In this document: piece after piece, positions 38,201 through 53,500 of the stretch
Layout of the letters: every line of letters begins with the position of its first letter
Numbering within the stretch: the first letter of the stretch is position 1
Source of the DNA: Paragordius varius
Lineage: Eukaryota; Animalia; Nematomorpha
DNA: 64,000 nucleotides
NCBI GenBank assembly: GCA_964247055.1
Contig: OZ176059.1
Coordinates: 3,038,001-3,102,000 of the forward strand
Direction: 5' to 3'
Translations under genes and position numbers: made by a program
The notes under the pieces: model-generated
What the model saw: only the letters and a program-made list of their open reading frames with translations
Told to the model about the DNA's origin: nothing
Database searches by the model: none

Positions 38201-40340
38201 TAATTTATATATATATATATAATATTTAAAAAAAATTAAGGATTTTTTAAAAAATTGAAAAAAATAAAAAATTAGGAAAACCTTTAAAATTGAAATAAAA
38301 AAATAGAAAAATATTAATATATATATATATTTATTTTGTTTAAAAATATATATTTAAAAAATATTTTTAAAAAAAATATAAAGTTATATGAAACTTTTCC
38401 AAATAAGGTTAAAGGATATATAAGGGGACTCCTGAATAAAAATGGGTTAATATAAATTAGATGGGTTTTTGTTTTTAGAATTTCGCTAAACTCTTTAAGA
38501 AATTTGGAAAAAAAAGAAATTCTAAACTGGATATTTTTTTAATATTCGAGAACGAATATTTTATGTTAAAATAATAAATTAAATTCTCATAAAATTTATT
38601 AAATTAAACTATATCCAAAATTTTTATGCAAAACTTATTACCTTTTCACTTATTTGTTTTAGTTTATTTTACCTTTTGTGGTAGTTTTATATACCAGAGC
38701 GTAATCTAGTAAATAAAAAGTAAGCTTTTGAAAGTTTTAATTTTATTTTTTACGTTTGACAAAAATTACATAGTAATCGTAAATGAAAATTCATAATAAA
38801 TTCATTTAATTTCACATGAATTTTAATTGAAATATAATAATTTTAATTAAAATTTAATTATTAAACATTGTTTGCTTGTATAGGATATAAAAAAAGCTTA
38901 TATTTATTACAGTTTTTTGATCTCTAGAGTATAAAATTGGCACAGCTTCAAAACGCGATTGAGCGAACAGCTGATATTAAAATGAAACAATTTAAGTTAT
39001 TGCTGGTAAAATATAGTCTGAAAGCTTTGTAAAATTAATTATTTATATTTTCGAATAATAAACATGTGCTGTTGATGGTTGGTTTAAGTTTGTGGTTTTT
39101 TATTACAATATCACATTTTTCTATAATGAGCTTAAAATACTAAAGAAAGCATATTTTAAATTAGGATTAATATCTTATATAGTTTTTAAAATATTCAAAT
39201 TTTAATATCTCTGTGCAAAATTACCTCAAAGGTCATAAATCTGTTAAATATATTCAGAATTTATATGTATAATATAAACTTTTGCGTGAAAAAATCACTC
39301 AAATTAAATTGAAAAGGGATTCATAACTTTGCTTTAGACAAAATGGGGAATGACGAAAAAAATAAAATATGATTTGTCCATATAAAAATATTCAAAATGT
39401 TAAAATAAGATATTTTGATGCATATAAAAGATAATTAAGGAATATCATTTTCAAATATTAGTAAATTTAATCCAGCTGTTTTTTATTCTCAAGGTTTTAC
39501 CTCTATAAAAGTCAGGAAGCCTTAAAAGTTAAGACTGTAATCAGCTGTTTTTCTTAATTATTTAAGAAAGAACTTAAATTCAGCTGTTTTAATTTTCGAA
39601 ATTTTATTTCTTTAAGAATTTGAAAGTTTTTTAATTAAAAACTGTAATTCGCTGTTATTCACTTAGGCATATAAAACTACCCCAGAAGATTAAAAATTTG
39701 TTAAATATAGTCAAAAAAATTACTTAAAAAGTTTAAAAGGCAAACTTTGAAAATTTTCATTCAAGGAAAAAAGGGAATTACGAAAAAATAGCATATATTT
39801 TGCCCATATAAAAATATTTACATTAAAACTCAATTTATACCGACTGAAACGTAAAAATATAAAGACAAAATATTTTTCAAAAGACAACCATCCCCATACT
39901 TTTCAGGAAACCTTAATTTTTGTTATAAAATATATTTAATTACAATCTTAAAGTACATAATTAAAATTTACATTTCTATTTTTTATTTTGTAGTTTAAAA
40001 CATCCAATTATTATATTTGAAAAAATCAAGATTTTAAAAATATGGGATTGTCTTGTACAAAAAAATATTTGTCGTTATAAATTTACGTTTTATCCATATA
40101 ATTTCAATTTTTTTAATAAAATGGTAAATTTTATAATAAATATTAAATTATTTCGATAAACTATTTAATCATAAATCCTATTCGTTGGTCATCACATTAG
40201 GTCAGACGTATTTCAGTTCAAGCGTTAGCCTTAACAATAAATTCTGCAATCATAAATAATTATAGAAAGTTTTTAAAAAATATTTTTCAATAAAAATATA
40301 TTTAAAACAAGTTTACTAACACCTATACCCTGATCATTTA

Positions 40341-40625
40341 CAATAAATTTTGATATTATATACGGACAAAATGTAAAAATATAAAGACAAATTTTTTTTC
40401 ACAAAAAAACATCCTTTTTTTTATTTTTTTAAATAACCCATTGTTTTATGTAAAATATATGAAAACGATATGTAGATCGGTAAAACAATCAATTATATAT
40501 ATTTTACAATTCTATTTATTTATTTTATATGGGTAAAATTATAATTTAAAAAGTATGGTTGCCTTTTGTAAAAAATTTTGTTTCTATAATTTTACGTTTT
40601 GTCCGTGTATTTTCAACTTTTATTG
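40341..40625. mobile_element. Same MITE family
   Basis: TIR family motif at both ends, flanked by TA. Confidence 0.65.
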
Positions 40626-41272
40626 TAAAATTTATTGAATTACAATTTATGATATTTCATGGAAACATACATAAGGCCTTATAACAAGTTTTAAATCCTA
40701 GCCATAAAATAAGACTTGGCATTACAAATTTGTTTTATATATACCTTGAACAATTCAAATTCACAAATTCACCCTTGAACGATTCAAAATCACCCTTTAA
40801 CTTTACCCTTAAACAAATTAAATTCACCCTCGAACAATTCACCTTTACCCTTGAACAATTCAAATTCACCCTAAAAATAAATTATGTGTTTTCGGGCAGC
40901 TCTAATATAACTCATTATTTATATGAAATATATTTTTATGGCATAGATTATTATTTTTCAGTATTATAGTGATTTCATACGTAAGTTCATTTTTTGAACA
41001 TGGAAAAAATAGAGGTAATTTAAAAAAGACTTATTTATTTTAGGGTGAATTTGAATCTTAATTGGTATAAAACAAACCTTAAATTACGAAATGAAAAATT
41101 GCTGAATATAATTTTTGTGTAACCACATTCCATGATTTTAATCTTTCTACCATTACGAATTCCAAAAATCATCTAATTATTATTTCATTTTCATCACTTC
41201 TAGTTGTGTCAACATAATGCTGTAAGTTTTATTTAACGGCTATTGATTTGTTTAAACGATCATTAGTTAAAC

Positions 41273-41569
41273 CAATAGTTTTCAAGAGCGCGTCGTAGAA
41301 AATCTAAGGTTGGGGGGGGGGGCAAAAAATAAGAATTTATTGAAAAAATAAACCAGAAAACAAATTGAAGAATTTCAGATGCCAATTATGAAGATATGTC
41401 AGCGATATGGTTTTTTTTTTCAAAATTGCAAATACAAACATCTCATTGAGGTTATTTTTATAATATCATAATAAATTTTACATTTTTATCTTAGAATTTT
41501 TTAAGAGAGGGGACGCAAGAATTTGATTTTTAATTTGGTAGGGCGTGGATACAAAGTTGAGAACCACTG
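41273..41569. mobile_element. Degenerate hAT-type MITE
   Basis: Right end GTTGAGAACCACTG; imperfect 8-bp flanks AGTTAAAC/ATCTAAAC. Confidence 0.6.
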
Positions 41570-41639
41570 ATCTAAACGGTTTCTTTGAAATTATGTAGAT
41601 TTCTCTCCGTAGAAAACTTTTTTCCGCTGTATGAAAATA

Positions 41640-41930
41640 CAGTAAAATCTGAAATTATACCGATAAAAAGTAAAAATATAAAGACAAATATTTTTTCTAA
41701 AAGCAACCCCATACTTTTAAACCTTAACTTTCTCATATAAATAATATAATTACAATTGTAAAATATATAATTGATTGTATAACCAATATACGCATCAATT
41801 TTATACTTTACAAATTAAAGCAGTTAGTTTTTTTGTTAAAAATATGGTTTAAAAAAGTATGGTGGTCTTTAGAAAAAAAATATTTGTCTCTATATTTTTA
41901 AGTTTTATCCGTATAATTTCAATTTTACTG
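41640..41930. mobile_element. Same MITE family, well-preserved copy
   Basis: TA|CAGTAAAATCTGAAATTATACCGATAAAAAG ... GTTTTATCCGTATAATTTCAATTTTACTG|TA. Confidence 0.8.
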
Positions 41931-42453
41931 TATTTTTCCGGAATAGTGAAGACAAGTCTAAATAGTCGGTAAATGTACCGATATACTTCCAGTTTTATTC
42001 CACCTCTCCTAATGATACTCTTTCATATAAATTGTTGAATGTTTAAAATAAAAAAAACAATTTTTATCATTGTCACGATAAAGCCTCAGAGTAAGGTCAT
42101 GGCCGGATAGGTTTCTGACCCGGTCAGCACAACCCTAGTAATCACCAAAAATTAATATATATATATATATATATATAATGAAAGATTCAGCTCTTAGTAT
42201 AAGATTTTTTAATCCAATCAAAACATGTATATATTATAAACATATTTTTAATATTTAAGAATAATTATCCTTAATCTTTTACATAATTTGACTTTTATAC
42301 TAATAAATGGTTTATTTTTTATAAATAATTAATTATTATATATATATATATATATATATATTATTTAATAAATATATACAAAAATATAATATAAAATAAA
42401 CCATTTGTTAATCATTCATACCACGTTTTATGTTCGGTCCCAATTGAGAGGAG

Positions 42454-45400
42454 ATGACAACAAACACACTTTTGAAAAATCAAAAACAACTCCTGAATAA
42501 AGCAGAAGATTTTGCCGATGAAGTTATATTTATAAATTAATATTTTTTGTAGAAAAATTAAATTTTCTAGAAAAGTTTACTTGAATTTAATTTTTTTAAA
42601 AGTTTCAGTTTAAAATTAATATTAAAGTAATAGTAATTTTTTATTATAAAAAAATGAGTTTTTATATTTGTTTAGGTTATTTTAGTTTATATAGGTTAAT
42701 AATTGAAATTAATATTTTTAAAAATTAAAGTTTTCTAGAAAAGTGTAAATTTAAATTAAAATTATTTCGAAAATAATGAAAAATTGATTAATTATTATAT
42801 TTATTTAAGTTTTTTTGTAATATATATATTTTCTAAAAGATAAAAGTTAAATTAATTTTGAAACCGTAATATTTTTATATATGAATAATATTTAAAAAAA
42901 TTTTAAGAAACCAAAATATAAAATAATTATAAAAAATGGGTTATATTCTAAATTTTTATATAAGTTTTTTTACAATTAAATATATAATAAAATTATAAAT
43001 AATTATATTTTAATACAAATCAAAATAATTAATAATGTTAAATTAAAATCATTATTTAAAGTTTATAAAAAATTGCTATAAATTAATTTTTTATATAAAT
43101 GGTTTTTTATATTAGTTTAGGTTATGTTTTATTTTTTATTAATCATTTATATATTTAAAATAAATAATTATATTTTAATATAAATTAAGTATAATTAATA
43201 AATTATAATTAAAATTAATATAAATTTTCTAGAAAAGTTGTATTTAATAAACCGAAATATAAAATAATTTTCTTATATAAAAATGAATTTTTTATTTAAG
43301 TTTTTGCAATTAAATATATAAAAATAATATTTCTAATAAAAATTATTACTAAAAATTTAAATTAAATAAATTTTGTAGAAAAATTGAAATATTAGGAATT
43401 TAAATTTTCAATATAATAATTTTTAAATTCTGTTTTAATAATTTAGTTTAATTTTTTATATTTAAATTTATTTTAATTATTTATATTACAATTAAATTTA
43501 TTTTTTTTATTATAATTTAAGATTTTAAAAAAATTTTAAAATATAAAATAGTTTATTGGATATTATTATTGTATTATTATTAAAAATATAATTCATATAA
43601 TTTTAGTTATAAATGCAATAAAAATAGTTTATTTTTAATTTATATATATTATTAAATAATTTTAATATATTGTAGAAAAACAAAAAATAGTAAAATTTAA
43701 ATTATTTTTTATTATATTTATAAATTTGAAATATATAAAAAAATATTGTTTTAAGAATATAAAATATATATTTTGTTTGAAATTAACACGAAATATTAAT
43801 ATTAAAATATTTTATTGAAAAAAAAAATAATTTTTCTATTAGTAATTATAGTTTTTTTATTTTTTGAAAGTTTAAATTAAAATAATTTTGGAATGTTCTT
43901 GAAGTTTTTAATATTTTAAATAAAAATTATTTTTATTTATTTTTTATTTATTTATTAAATTTTAAAAATAATTAAAAAAAAATATGTTTAATAAACAATT
44001 TTTAAAATAAAATATTTTAAATAAATTGTTTGTTGAAATTATATTTAAGAAAATATGGATTGTTTTCGAAGTTTTTAATATTTAAATTTATTTCAAAACA
44101 GTTATTTTATAAAACATAATTTTTATAAAAAAAACTTATATATATATATATATATATATTAATAAATATTACTTTTATAACATTTTATTTATTAACTTTG
44201 TTATTCAAATTCGAATTTTTAACTAAAGTTTTTATTTGATATTTTAATTATTTTTTAAATTTTAAATAATATAATAAAATAAATTTTTAATAATCAGCTG
44301 TTTTCGATATATATATATATATATATATCTATATATATATATATATTAAACTCTATATATATTAAAAGTTTGTTTAGTTTATATATTCAAAAAAAATTTA
44401 TAAAAAAAATATAAATATTATTATTTAAAATAAAAATTTAAGTCTTTTCACTAAAAAATAAAATGAAATTTTTAAAAGTTAATTTTTATTTAAAAAGTAT
44501 TAATAATTTAATTTTTAAAAATCATTTGATAAATAATTTATTTTCGTTAAATTTTTGATAAAAGAAATATTAAAAAATATCTTAAATATACTACTAATCT
44601 CCTATGAAAAAAAATGTCCTTTAACATTTCAAGTTGGTCCTTAAAATTTATAAATTTTAATTTAAACATAATTTTTGCATTTATTTTTTTATTTTATTTT
44701 ATTTATTAACCTAATTTTCTTTATTTATTATATACTTATTCATTTAAAAATAAATTTTTTATTTAAAATTCACTTTTTAGTTTCCAACTATTTTTTTTTC
44801 AATCGAACAAAATTATTGACTTTTAAATGTTATTCAATGAAAAAAGTTTATTAATAACCCAGAAAACTTATATATTTTTTCATTTCATGTTAAAATCTTA
44901 TAAATATCTAAAATTATTTTAAAAAATTAATAAAGATATACGGTTTTTCAAGGATTAAAAGTTGATATCGAACTAAAATTTATGTTTAATAGAAAATAGG
45001 TTAAAAACAATAAAATAGATAAAATAAACAAAACAAAAAAGTCAAAGGACTAAATTGAAATGTTCAAGGACACTCTTGAAGTGCAAATGGTATATATATA
45101 TATATATATATATAGTTATTAACATCAAATCTAATATTTTCCCCCAAAACAGCTGATTTTTTATATAAAATAATTATTTTTTATAAAAATTATCATTTTT
45201 TTGCAAATCTTAGCTGGTAGAATGAAAATACCATTGTATAATTTTTCTTTCAAGTTTTATTAAATTTTTCGTGAAAAATCAGATGATCTCGTCAATTTCG
45301 ATATAAATATATATATATATATAAATCTAGTTTTTATTTATCAAAATATTTACCTTTTTCTTTTTTTCCCTAAATAATCTCAGTTGATTTCGCAAGGGAT

Positions 45401-46393
45401 ATTAAAATTGTGAATTTTTTTTAAAATATATCAGTTGATTTCGCAAAGATATATAATTACGCTTAAAAAAATTATCTATTATATCAAATATTATCGTTTG
45501 TTAAAAAAATCAGCTGTGATTTTCTATATAAAATAATAATTTATACATTTTTCTAAATATAAACATTTTTTCCATTAAAAAATACATGAAAAGTCAGCTG
45601 CTGATCATGTATATATACGCCCCCACCATTTTACATAATAGATTTTGCGGCACACCAAACTTTTTTTGCCATATGTTGCACGATTTTACCTTGTTAGTAC
45701 GTTTGTGGAGGATAATAAAAATATTTTAAACTTTATTAAAATACCAACTGAATATTTCTAAACCATAAAGTTATCTTTTGAAAAAAAAAATTAATTAAAA
45801 TTATCATTTTTCCAAAAAAATCAGATATCGTCTATATATATATATATAAATCCAGGTATTTTTTTAAAAATTAAAACTTTTTAAAAATTCTTTGAATATC
45901 AGCTGATCTCGTATATATACGCCCCCACTATTTTACACAATAGATTTTAAGGCACACCAAACATTTTTTGCCATATACGGCGCGTTTTTGCCTTGTTAGT
46001 ACGTTTGTAGAGGATATTAAAAATATTTCTTATATTGAAATATCAGTTGATCTCGTATATATTTTTAAACTTTATTAAAATATTAGGTGATCTCTTATAT
46101 ATTTTAAAACCTTAAAAATTATCCTTTTCAAATAATTATAAATATTATTATTTTGCCCGAAAATTAGCTGGTAGAAATAGCCCGTATTTTTTTAAAATGT
46201 TTTTGTAATTTTATGATAAATCAGCTGATCCCGTATATATACGCCCCCATTTATACAATATAGATTTTGCGTCACACCAAACATTTTTTGCCATATGTTG
46301 CCCGTTTTTGCCTTGTTAGTACGTTTGTGGAGGATGGCCTACGTATGTGGTTTCAATGGGGTGATCAAACTACCTATATGAGTTCATCTTGGG
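42454..46393 (+). CDS. SURF4: Surfeit locus protein 4, 5' part only: join(42454-42522,46264-46393); no exon 3 recognised before the duplication junction
   Basis: [23 protein letters not shown]|[43 protein letters not shown] matches the SURF4/Erv29 N-terminus ([37 protein letters not shown]). Confidence 0.88.
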
Positions 46394-46870
46394 GTAATTT
46401 TTATCCTAAAAATTTGGTTAATCAGCTGATTTTAAGGTTATTAATACAATTTTTGTAAAAAAATGATTAAAAATGGTGAAAAAACAGCTGTTTTATCATA
46501 AAAATTCTTGGAAATAGAATGGGGTGATCAAACTACTTATATGAGTTCATCTTGGGGTAAATTTTTTCATTTTTATTTTAAAAATTAAGAATCAGGTGAT
46601 ATGAAAGTTTTTATATATAATCAGCTGATTAACAGTTTTTTATTGATAATCAACTGATCTCGAACTGATTTTGAATGGAAATTATTTCAAAAAATGAGAG
46701 TTTTAAGAGTTTTTCAGGAATAAAATTTTAAAATAAAAATAAAATCAGCTGATCTGCAAAATTTTTTGATAACAGAAAAAAATTTGAATATATGTTGATT
46801 TGAAATATTTTCAAAAAATGTGGTTTCAATGGGGCGATCAAACTACCTATATGAGTTCATCTTGGGGTAA
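45590..46870 (+). repeat. Tandem echoes of the SURF4 exon 2 acceptor half (45642-45713, 45944-46015) and donor half (46518-46560, 46820-46870)
   Basis: Near-identical partial exon copies with their AG or GGGGTAA splice signals. Confidence 0.85.
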
Positions 46871-46914
46871 AATTTATCATTTTAACATGGCTATTTTCGG
46901 TTAAAAATCAGCTG

Positions 46915-49900
46915 TTCTAGAATTTGGGGAAGTCTTTATTTTTCTGAAATTTTCGGTTTCTTAAACATAAGGAAATGTTTTTAGGACTGAAAATTATGAA
47001 TTTTATTTAAGGTTTTTTTCAAATATTTTTTGGTTAAAAGGTATAAGACTTTAAATTTTTTGAATTCTGGGTGAGTTTTGCTGAAAGTTGAAAATAGAAA
47101 TGTTAATTATGATTGTATTTTGGGTTTAATTTAAGGTTTTTCTGAAATATTTTTGGGTTTAGAAAGTTTGAGAGTCTTTTTTCTGAGTTTTTCTGAAACA
47201 TCAAATGTTTTTAGGATTGAGAATTATTGGTTTTATTTAATTTAAAGTTTTATGAAATATTTTTGGATTAAGAATTTAAAAACTTTTTATTTTTTGAAAT
47301 TCTTGGTAAGTAGTTTTGCTGAAACATTCATTATAAGGTGTTTTTAGGATTGAGAATTATGGGTTTTATTTGTAAGTTTTTTTGAAATATTTTTGGGTTA
47401 AAAAGTTTGAAACTTTTTATTTTTTGAAATTCTGAGTGAGTTTTGCTGAATTTTTTTTTGAAATCAGAAATCTTGGTATTTATAATTGAATTTAAGATTT
47501 ATTTAAGGTTTTTAAAATATTTTTGGGTTAAAAAGTTTGAGACTTTTTTTTCTGAAATTCTGGGTGAGTGAGTTTTCTGAAAGTTTGGAAAATGTTTTTA
47601 GGACTAAGTATTATGGGTTTTATTTAAGGTTTTTTTGCAATATTTTTGGGTTAATATTTTGAGGCTCTTTATTTTTCTGGAATTCTGGGTGAGTTTTGAC
47701 ATTGAGAAATGTTTTTTTTGAAAGAAATGTTAATTGTAATTAAATTATGGGTTTTATTTTAAGTTTTTTTGAAATATTTTTGGGTTAATAAGTTTGAGAG
47801 TCTTTATTTTTCTGATTTTTTAGAAATGTTGAAATATTGGCCAATATTTTTAGGACTGAAAATTAGGGGTTTTATTTAAGTTTTTTTAAAATATTTTTGG
47901 GGGCAGAAAGTTTGAAACTTTTTATTTTTCTGAAATTCTGGGTGAGTTTTCTGAAATATTGGACAATGTTTTTAAATCTCAGAATTATGGGTTTTATTTA
48001 AAAGTTTTTTTTTAAATATTTTTTGGGTTAAAAAGTTTTTGGGTGAGTGGGTTATCTGAAATTTTAGGTGAATTGATTTTCTGAAATATTGGGCAATATT
48101 TTTACGACTGAAAATTATGGGTTTTTTTTAAAGGTTTTTTTATATTTTTTGGTTAACAAGTTTGAGACTTTTTATTTTTCTGAAATTCGTGTGATTTAGT
48201 TTTTTCTGAAATATTAGGAAATGTTTAAGACTGAAAAATATGGATTTTATTTAAGGTTTTTTTGAAATATTTTTGGGTTAAAAGTTTATTTAGTTTTCTG
48301 AAATTCAGATTTTTCAGAAATGTTGAGAAATATTTTTAGGATTGAAAATTTGGGTTTTATTTAAGGTTTATTTGCATTATTTTTGGGTTAAAAAGTTTGA
48401 CAATCTTTATTTTTCTGGAATTATGGATGAGTGGGTTTTCTGAACGTTTTTTTTTCGAAATCAAAAATGATTTTTTGAAATGGTTTTATTTAAGCCCTTG
48501 AAATATTTTTGGGTTAAAAAGTTTGAGAGTCTTTATTTTTCTGGAATTCTGGGTGAGGCATTTTCTGAAATTTTGGGAAATGTTGATTATTATTGAATTA
48601 TGGGTTTTATTTATGGTTTTTTTAAAATATTTTTGGGGGCAGAAAGTTTAATGCTTTTTATTTGAAATTCTGAGTTTTTTTGGAAATCAGAAATGATAAT
48701 TTTAATTGAATTATGGATTTTAATTATAGTAATTTTTAAAATATTTTTTGGTTAATAAGTTTGAAAGTCTTTATTTTTTTGAAATTCTAGGTGAGTTTTT
48801 CTCAAACATTGGGAAATGTATATAGGATTGATTTGAAAAAAATTCTAGGATCTGAAATTAGTCTCTAAGCTTTTGAAGTTAAAATTTTTTGTTTTAAGGA
48901 ATTTGGTGGAAATTACAATATTTTTTGAAAAAAATGCGTTTTTAAACTATTTTTAGGATTGATTTATTTTGAAAAGATATAAATTTTGATATTCTGGGTG
49001 AGTTTTTCTGAAATATTGGACAATATTTAGGATTGATGTTTAAAAAAAATTCTAGGATCTGATATTATTCTTAAAGCTATTGAAGTTAAAATTTTTTGTT
49101 TTAAGGAATTTGGTGGAATTTAGAATATTTTTTGAAAAAAATGCGTTTTTAAACTTTTTTTAGGATTGATTTATTTTGAAAAAATATAAATTTTGATATT
49201 CTGGGTGAGTTTTCTGAAATATTGGGAAATGTATTTAAAGATTGATTTGAAAAATATTCTTGGATCTGAAATCATTCTCTAAGCTTTTGAAATTGAAGTT
49301 TTATATGTTTTAAACCAAAAACGTCTGCTTTTTTAGCCGCCATATTGAACATGTGACGTTAATATTTCATTATGATAAAACATATGATTGGATATAATTT
49401 TGGTAAAATTTAAAATATTTTTTGTATAAAAAACATTTTTATTAAAAATATTTTTAGGAATGATTTTTGAAAAAAATTCTAGGATCTATTATTTTTTAAG
49501 CTTTTGAAATTGAAATGTTTTAAGGAATTGGGTGGAATTTAGAATATTTTTTGAAAAAAATGCGTTTTTAAACTATTTTTAGGATTGATTTGTTTTGAAT
49601 AAAATAAAATTCTGAAATTTTAAGTTTTTGCTCAAAGATTGGGAATTATTTTTAGGATTGATGTTTGAAAAAAATTCTAGGATCTGAAATTATTCTCTAA
49701 GCAGTAATTGTAATTTTGTCTGTTTTGAATTATAAACGTGCCATCACGTGGTGTTGATTCCATTGATGTAAAATCATATGATTTTAAATTTAATTATGGG
49801 AATCTAATTAGGGATTAATTGATTGGTTCTTTTGATTTTTTTAAAAATATTAGGCATCGCGAGGATATGTAATTCAATAATTTTGAGGTTTTAGGGTTTT
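46915..49900 (+). repeat. Second copy of the RPL7A intron 3 T/G-rich array
   Basis: Same unit as 24230-26500, including the AACCAAAAACGTCTGC..GCCATATTGAACATGTGACGTT landmark (25905 versus 49310). Confidence 0.9.
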
Positions 49901-50025
49901 TTTGATTGAGGAAAATAATTTTATTTTTAAAAATTTAAATTACAGTATAAGTATATATTGATAGAAAGTTATTAATTATTTCCGAATATATAACAAAGGG
50001 GGCAGTATTATTGGCTAATAATAGA

Positions 50026-50267
50026 CCATTTATAGTTCAAATTTACCCTTTCGGACAATTCAAATTCACTTTAAAATATAACTAAAATCATTAATAAGAA
50101 ATAAATTCTTATGTGGCAGTATTTATTATTTTTTCTGTATTTTTTAAAACAATTTTTTATATTTTTTTAAGATAAAAAATGAAAATATAAGCAAACTTTA
50201 ATCTTAAAAAATATAATATATTTTTAGAGTAAATTTGAATTTAAGAGTGAATTTGAATTGTAAATGG
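50026..50267. mobile_element. Same foldback MITE family
   Basis: CCATTTATAGTTCAAATTTACCC ... GTGAATTTGAATTGTAAATGG|TA. Confidence 0.65.
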
Positions 50268-50540
50268 TATTTATGCTGATATATTCTTTATAATTTTTTT
50301 GAATACTTTAATATTTAAATTTTAAAACATTAATTCATAAAAGAGTTATTATATGTTTTTAAATTAAATCATCTCTGATATAAAAAAGCCTTATTTTATT
50401 TTAGATGGTAATTTTTTTCCCTTTTAAAATCTGACTAAACTAAAATAAAGTATATATTTATATATATTTTAATTTTCTTTTATACATAAAAAATATATTT
50501 TTCTAATTTATGTTTAAAATTTCATTTTTTTATTATTTAG

Positions 50541-53500
50541 ATGGTCATATTTTTGCCAGCTCTGTGCCGTAAAATGGGAATCCCTTACTGCATTATTAAG
50601 GGGAAGGCTAGGTTGGGAACCTTGGTCCATAGAAAGACTTGTACTTGTGTAGCACTCACCAAAATTAACCCGTAAAAAAACTTTTTTTAGATTTTTTATT
50701 TGTAATTAAGAAGAGAAAATATAAAAGGATTTTGAAACGTTTTTCAAAGGTTGAAAATTGAGTTTTGTATGCTTTTGAAATACGTTTTAAAGCCTTAAAT
50801 TGATAATTTGTTTAAATTAAAATAGTTAAAGATTTGAGAATTCTGGTCCACAGAAAGACTTGTACTTGTGTAGCTCTAACCAAAATTAACCCGTAAAAAC
50901 TTTATAGATTTTTTAAAGTTTTAACTTTAAAGTTGAATATTATTTAAAGAATAGCTTACAAAAGTTTTTTCCATTTTTATAATCTAACTTTTTCAAACAA
51001 GATTCACAGCGTTATTATCTCTTAAATTGCTTAAATGGTGCGAGCATGTCAAAAATCGCGGGCTATGTCAATGGATTTTATAAACACATTACTAAATTAA
51101 AAAAAGCTTTGAAAAGTTTTTCAAATGTTGAAAATTGAGTTTTGTATGCTTTTGAAATAAGGCTTAAAAGTATTACGCAAGAATTCCACATGTGTAGCTC
51201 TCACCAAAATTAACCCGTAAAAAATCTTTTTTTAGATTTTTTATTTTTATGATTTGAGGATTTGAAAAGAGAAAATATGAAAAGACTTTGAAACGAAAGG
51301 TTGAAATAAGTTATGTATGCTTTTGGAATACGTTTTAAAGCCTTAAAATGATAATTTGTTTAAATTTTACAATAGTGAGATTATTGATTATAAATAGATT
51401 TGTACATGTGTAGCTCTCACCAAAATTAACCCGTAAAAAATTTTTTTTAGATTTTTATTTCAATATTTGGGAATTGAAAAGTGAAAATACTAAAGACTTT
51501 GAAACGTTTCCCAAAGGTTGAAAATTGAGTTTTGTATGCTTTTAAAATACATTTTAAAGCCTTAAATTGATAATTTGTTTAAATTTTAAAATAGTAAGAT
51601 TATTGATTATAAATAGATTTGTACTAGTGTAGTTCTCACCAAAATTAACCCGTAAAAATTTTTTTGATTTTTTCTTTTTAAGATTAGAGGATTCGTAATT
51701 TCCTGAGAAAATATAAAACAGTTTTTTTAAAATTGAGTTTTGTGTGCTTTTTTAAAGCCTTAAAATGATATTTTTTAGAAATATAAGTGAAATTATTGGT
51801 TTTAAATATATTTGTTTTGTATAGCTTTCATCATAATTATTTTTACGGGTTAAAGATTCGAGGATTCGAAATTTCTTGAAATTATAAAAAGTTTTTCAAA
51901 ATGAGTTTTGTATGCTTTTTAAAGCCTTAAAATGATAATTTGTTTAAATTTTACAATAGTGAGATAATTGATTAATATGTATGTGTTGCTCTCACTAAAA
52001 TTATACCTGTAAAAATAGATTTTTATTTGTAAGATTCGGGGAATTTAAATTTGCTGAGAAAATTATAAATAGTTTTTCAAAATTGTGTTTTGTGTGCTTT
52101 TTTAAAGCCTTAAAATGATAATTTGTTTAAATTACAATAGTGAGATTATTAATTAATTTGTACCTCTGTAGCTCTCATTAAAAACCCGTAAAAATAGATT
52201 TTTTATTTCAAGATTTGGGAATTGAAAAGAGAAAATATAAAAAGACTTTGAAACGTTTTCCAAAGGTTGAAAATTGAGTTTTGTATGCTTTTGAAAAAGT
52301 TTTCAAATTCATATTGGAAACATTCTGTCATTAAATTAATTTGTAAAAATTATTTGGTTTTTTTTTTAAAAAATCTTTAAATTTTTATAAAATATTTAAG
52401 ATTGATTAAGGTTAATTATATGTAATTAATGAGGCTTTGAAACCTTTTTTAAAAGGCTAAAATTGAGTTTTGCAATCTATTTACACTTTCTTAAGATAAC
52501 TATAAAATTAGGTACCAAAATTAACCCGTGAAAATTCTTTAGAGATTTTTAAAGATAAACTTTTAAGTTGAAATTTAATATTAGAGTTGAATATTTTTAA
52601 ATTAATTTAATTATAAAATGTTTATATTATATTTATATATTTTTTATTTTTTCAATACTTTTATATAATTACAATTATTTTTTTAATTAATATAATTAAA
52701 AAACGTTTATATTATATTTATATATTTTATTTTTTTAAATATTTATTTTAGAGAAGATAGTGCTTCATTAAGCAAATTAACCGAAGTTATTAAAACTAAT
52801 TTCAATGATCGATTTGATGAGGTTTATAATTTTTAAATTATTTAATATTTATTTATAAATTTATAATTTAATTAATTTTTTATATTATTTAATTTAAATA
52901 ATTTTAAATTGTTTGATTTACATTATTATCTCATTATTTTAAATTAACTTAATATAAAAATAATCAATAAGTTTTAATAGTTTTTTTTCAAATTTTTTTA
53001 TAAATGTTCAAAAAAATAATTTAAATTATTTAATTAATCACAATATAATTTTGAGTTTTTTTTAATTTTTTTTACATTTATTTTTAATTAATTAAAAATA
53101 GATTATTTATAATTAATCTTTTTCCAAAAAATTTTTACTTAAATTTTTTAAATAATTTATTCTTTAATTGAAGATATTTAATAATAAATTTTTATTTATA
53201 CTAACATTTTTTATATTTAATATTTTCAATAAAATATAACATATTTTATAGAATTTTATTATATTAATTAAGTAAACATTTTTAAATTAAATAATTAAAA
53301 TTTAATTCTATATTTTATTTTAATATTTTAAAAAATAAATTAATATATATTAATAGATCAAATTTTCATTTTAATATTATAAATAATAATTATATTTTTA
53401 ATAAAAAATTATTAAATCATTTTATTCTAATATTTTAAATATTAATATAAATTTAAATTATTTAAAAATTATTTTTTTTAATAAAATATTTTTTTTAAAA

